The position numbers were made by a program, and so were the translations under genes. The notes beneath the pieces were generated by a model that had not been told where the DNA came from, did no database searches, and saw nothing but the letters and a program-made list of their open reading frames with translations. A stretch of DNA of 38,472 nt from Methanobacteriota archaeon (GTDB taxonomy: Archaea > JAADCQ01 > Methanopyri > Methanopyrales > Methanopyraceae). Below, piece by piece: positions 37,029 through 38,472 of the stretch (the stretch's first letter is position 1; each line of letters starts with the position of its first letter). The stretch lies in NCBI GenBank assembly GCA_027064305.1, contig JAMOPY010000030.1:1-38472 (forward strand), read 5' to 3'.

Positions 37029-37055
37029 TTCCTTGCGCACGACGGGGGACGCGGG

Positions 37056-38423
37056 ATGTCCCCTCGACCCACGACCCTCCTCGTCCCACTACTGACCGGA
37101 CTCCTCCTGGGAACGACCGGGGCGACCGCGCTGGAACAGGGCCACCTGAGGGAGACCTACACCGTCACGCTCAACGGCGTCACCTACCGGGTACCCGTCG
37201 ACTACTACGTCTGGAAGAACGGGGACGGACACTTCGTCTGGCTCTCCCTGGGCGTCCATCCGCTCGAGCATCAGGCCCACGAGTGCATGTTCCACGCCGC
37301 CCAGTGGTTCGTGCGGTACTCCGGCGAGTTCCGGGGCACGCTCATCGTCTCCTGGATCCGAATCCCCAAGGAGTACTACACGACCGGCGACCGACAGCGG
37401 GACTACCAGGTCTCCCGCGACCTGGGACAGCTGACGTTCTACCACCACGTGCTGCGCTACGTCCTGCACCCCGAGGAGCTGGGCCGGAAGGTGGGCGTGA
37501 GGCTCACCGGGCGCCCGGAACTCTTCCTCGACGTGCACGCCCACCGACCCTGGTGGGGCGCCTCGGAGTTCATCCTCATCCCGGCCGGCCCCGTCCACGG
37601 GAACGACAACCCGACCTCCTACCGCAAGGCCCTGCAGATCTGCGAGGCGCTGGCCGGCGTGATCGGCGCCAGCGTGGACCCGAACCAGAAGGGTACCTCA
37701 CCTCCCTGGGTCACCGCGCCCGTGGCCCGGGCCGGCATCCCGGCCGCCACCTTCGAGAACGGGTACTACTACCTCGAGCGCGAGATGCCGGCCAACTACG
37801 ACAACTACCGCACGGAGCTCGACAAGGCCCTGCTCGAGGCCCTGTACCTGTACGCGCTCGAGGGCGGCCGCGTGTCGCCCACGCCCGAGGGCTACCGGAA
37901 GCTCGCCCACTGGTACGAGGTCGCGGCCGGGGTCTGGGACCGAACGGCCCGATACCTGGAGCTCGCGGCCGACCAACACCCGGACTACGCGGACGTCCTC
38001 CGGCACCTGTCCGAGCTGGCGCGCCGCATCTCCTCCCTGCTCCGACGGATGTCGGACGAGTGCCGGCAGGTGGCGGCGCTGCTGGAGGCCGGTAACCGCC
38101 GGGAGGCGGCCCGGCTGGTCGACGACCGACTGCTCCCGGAGTACAACGAGGTCAGGCGGCTCTATGCCGAGTACATCGAAGGGTACCGGCGGATCCCGGT
38201 CCGCATCGTCGACGTCGTCCAGCCCCCGAGTAAAACCGAGCGTCCGTGGTGGGAGTGGGTCCTGGAGCAACCGTGGTTCCCGGTGGCGGCCACCGTGGGG
38301 GTGGGCGTGGGCGCCCTCGCGGTCGTGAAACTCGTAAAGACCGGCCCGATACCGATCCTGGGGCTGATAGCTTGCGCGGTGCCGCCGCTGCGGCGATCGT
38401 TGCGCTCCTGCTCGCGGCGCTGA
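37056..38423 (+). CDS. Secreted M14/AstE-like zinc-hydrolase domain protein with PIP-CTERM-like anchor
   Basis: Signal peptide; GVHPLE (HxxE), LDVH, ATFE; helical region; C-terminal hydrophobic segments and GPIPILGLIACAV followed by an Arg-rich tail. Confidence 0.7.
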   Translation: MSPRPTTLLVPLLTGLLLGTTGATALEQGHLRETYTVTLNGVTYRVPVDYYVWKNGDGHFVWLSLGVHPLEHQAHECMFHAAQWFVRYSGEFRGTLIVSWIRIPKEYYTTGDRQRDYQVSRDLGQLTFYHHVLRYVLHPEELGRKVGVRLTGRPELFLDVHAHRPWWGASEFILIPAGPVHGNDNPTSYRKALQICEALAGVIGASVDPNQKGTSPPWVTAPVARAGIPAATFENGYYYLEREMPANYDNYRTELDKALLEALYLYALEGGRVSPTPEGYRKLAHWYEVAAGVWDRTARYLELAADQHPDYADVLRHLSELARRISSLLRRMSDECRQVAALLEAGNRREAARLVDDRLLPEYNEVRRLYAEYIEGYRRIPVRIVDVVQPPSKTERPWWEWVLEQPWFPVAATVGVGVGALAVVKLVKTGPIPILGLIACAVPPLRRSLRSCSRR

Positions 38424-38472
38424 TCCCGGCCGAATCGCAGGTGCTGCCCCCGCCCCCTCCCGCACCGCCGGC
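38372..38472 (+). CDS. Start of a secreted Pro-rich protein (runs off window end)
   Basis: TTG 38372: [33 protein letters not shown]; signal-peptide-like; overlaps the upstream stop. Confidence 0.45.
   Translation, partial: MRGAAAAAIVALLLAALIPAESQVLPPPPPAPP

Noticed and set aside
1222-38465. Many long overlapping ORFs (e.g. 1222-2580, 3587-5137, 7203-9212, 11828-13843, 24804-26894, 31332-34004, 34060-35616)
   Set aside because: Shadow frames of well-supported genes, caused by high GC and scarce stops; low-complexity G/R/P/A or antisense-type composition

Overview
Very GC-rich archaeal chromosome window from a methanogen, most likely Methanopyrus-like. Evidence: C8 instead of U8 in both tRNA genes, a non-catalytic beta-type tRNA splicing endonuclease subunit, coenzyme M genes, and a PIP-CTERM-like surface protein. 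Most of it is core genome: a GINS-rpl44e-rps27e-aIF2alpha-nop10-PAC2 cluster, rpl3-4-23-2, a divergent comA-comD / comE-comC cluster, leuA, trpA, the rpl15e/RNase P/proteasome/exosome superoperon, ychF, a MurG-like glycosyltransferase, an RsmB-type methyltransferase and ahcY. The short intergenic gaps hold a non-coding layer the ORF track misses: a two-hairpin K-turn H/ACA guide RNA with its own promoter (36886-37028), four box C/D guide sRNAs (11145, 12803, 34023, 34531), tRNA-Ile2(CAU) and an intron-containing tRNA-Met. An unexplained, near-identical 23-bp AT-rich palindrome lies 8-9 nt downstream of both tRNA genes. Other oddities are a THUMP-SPOUT fusion divergent from tRNA-Met, two genes that seem to need CTG starts, a DJ-1 protein with Cys->Ser, a surface-anchored M14-like peptidase, and kb-scale switching between C-ending and G-ending codons. 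No CRISPR array, transposase or integrase was seen. All assignments come from motif recognition by eye; no database searches were run.
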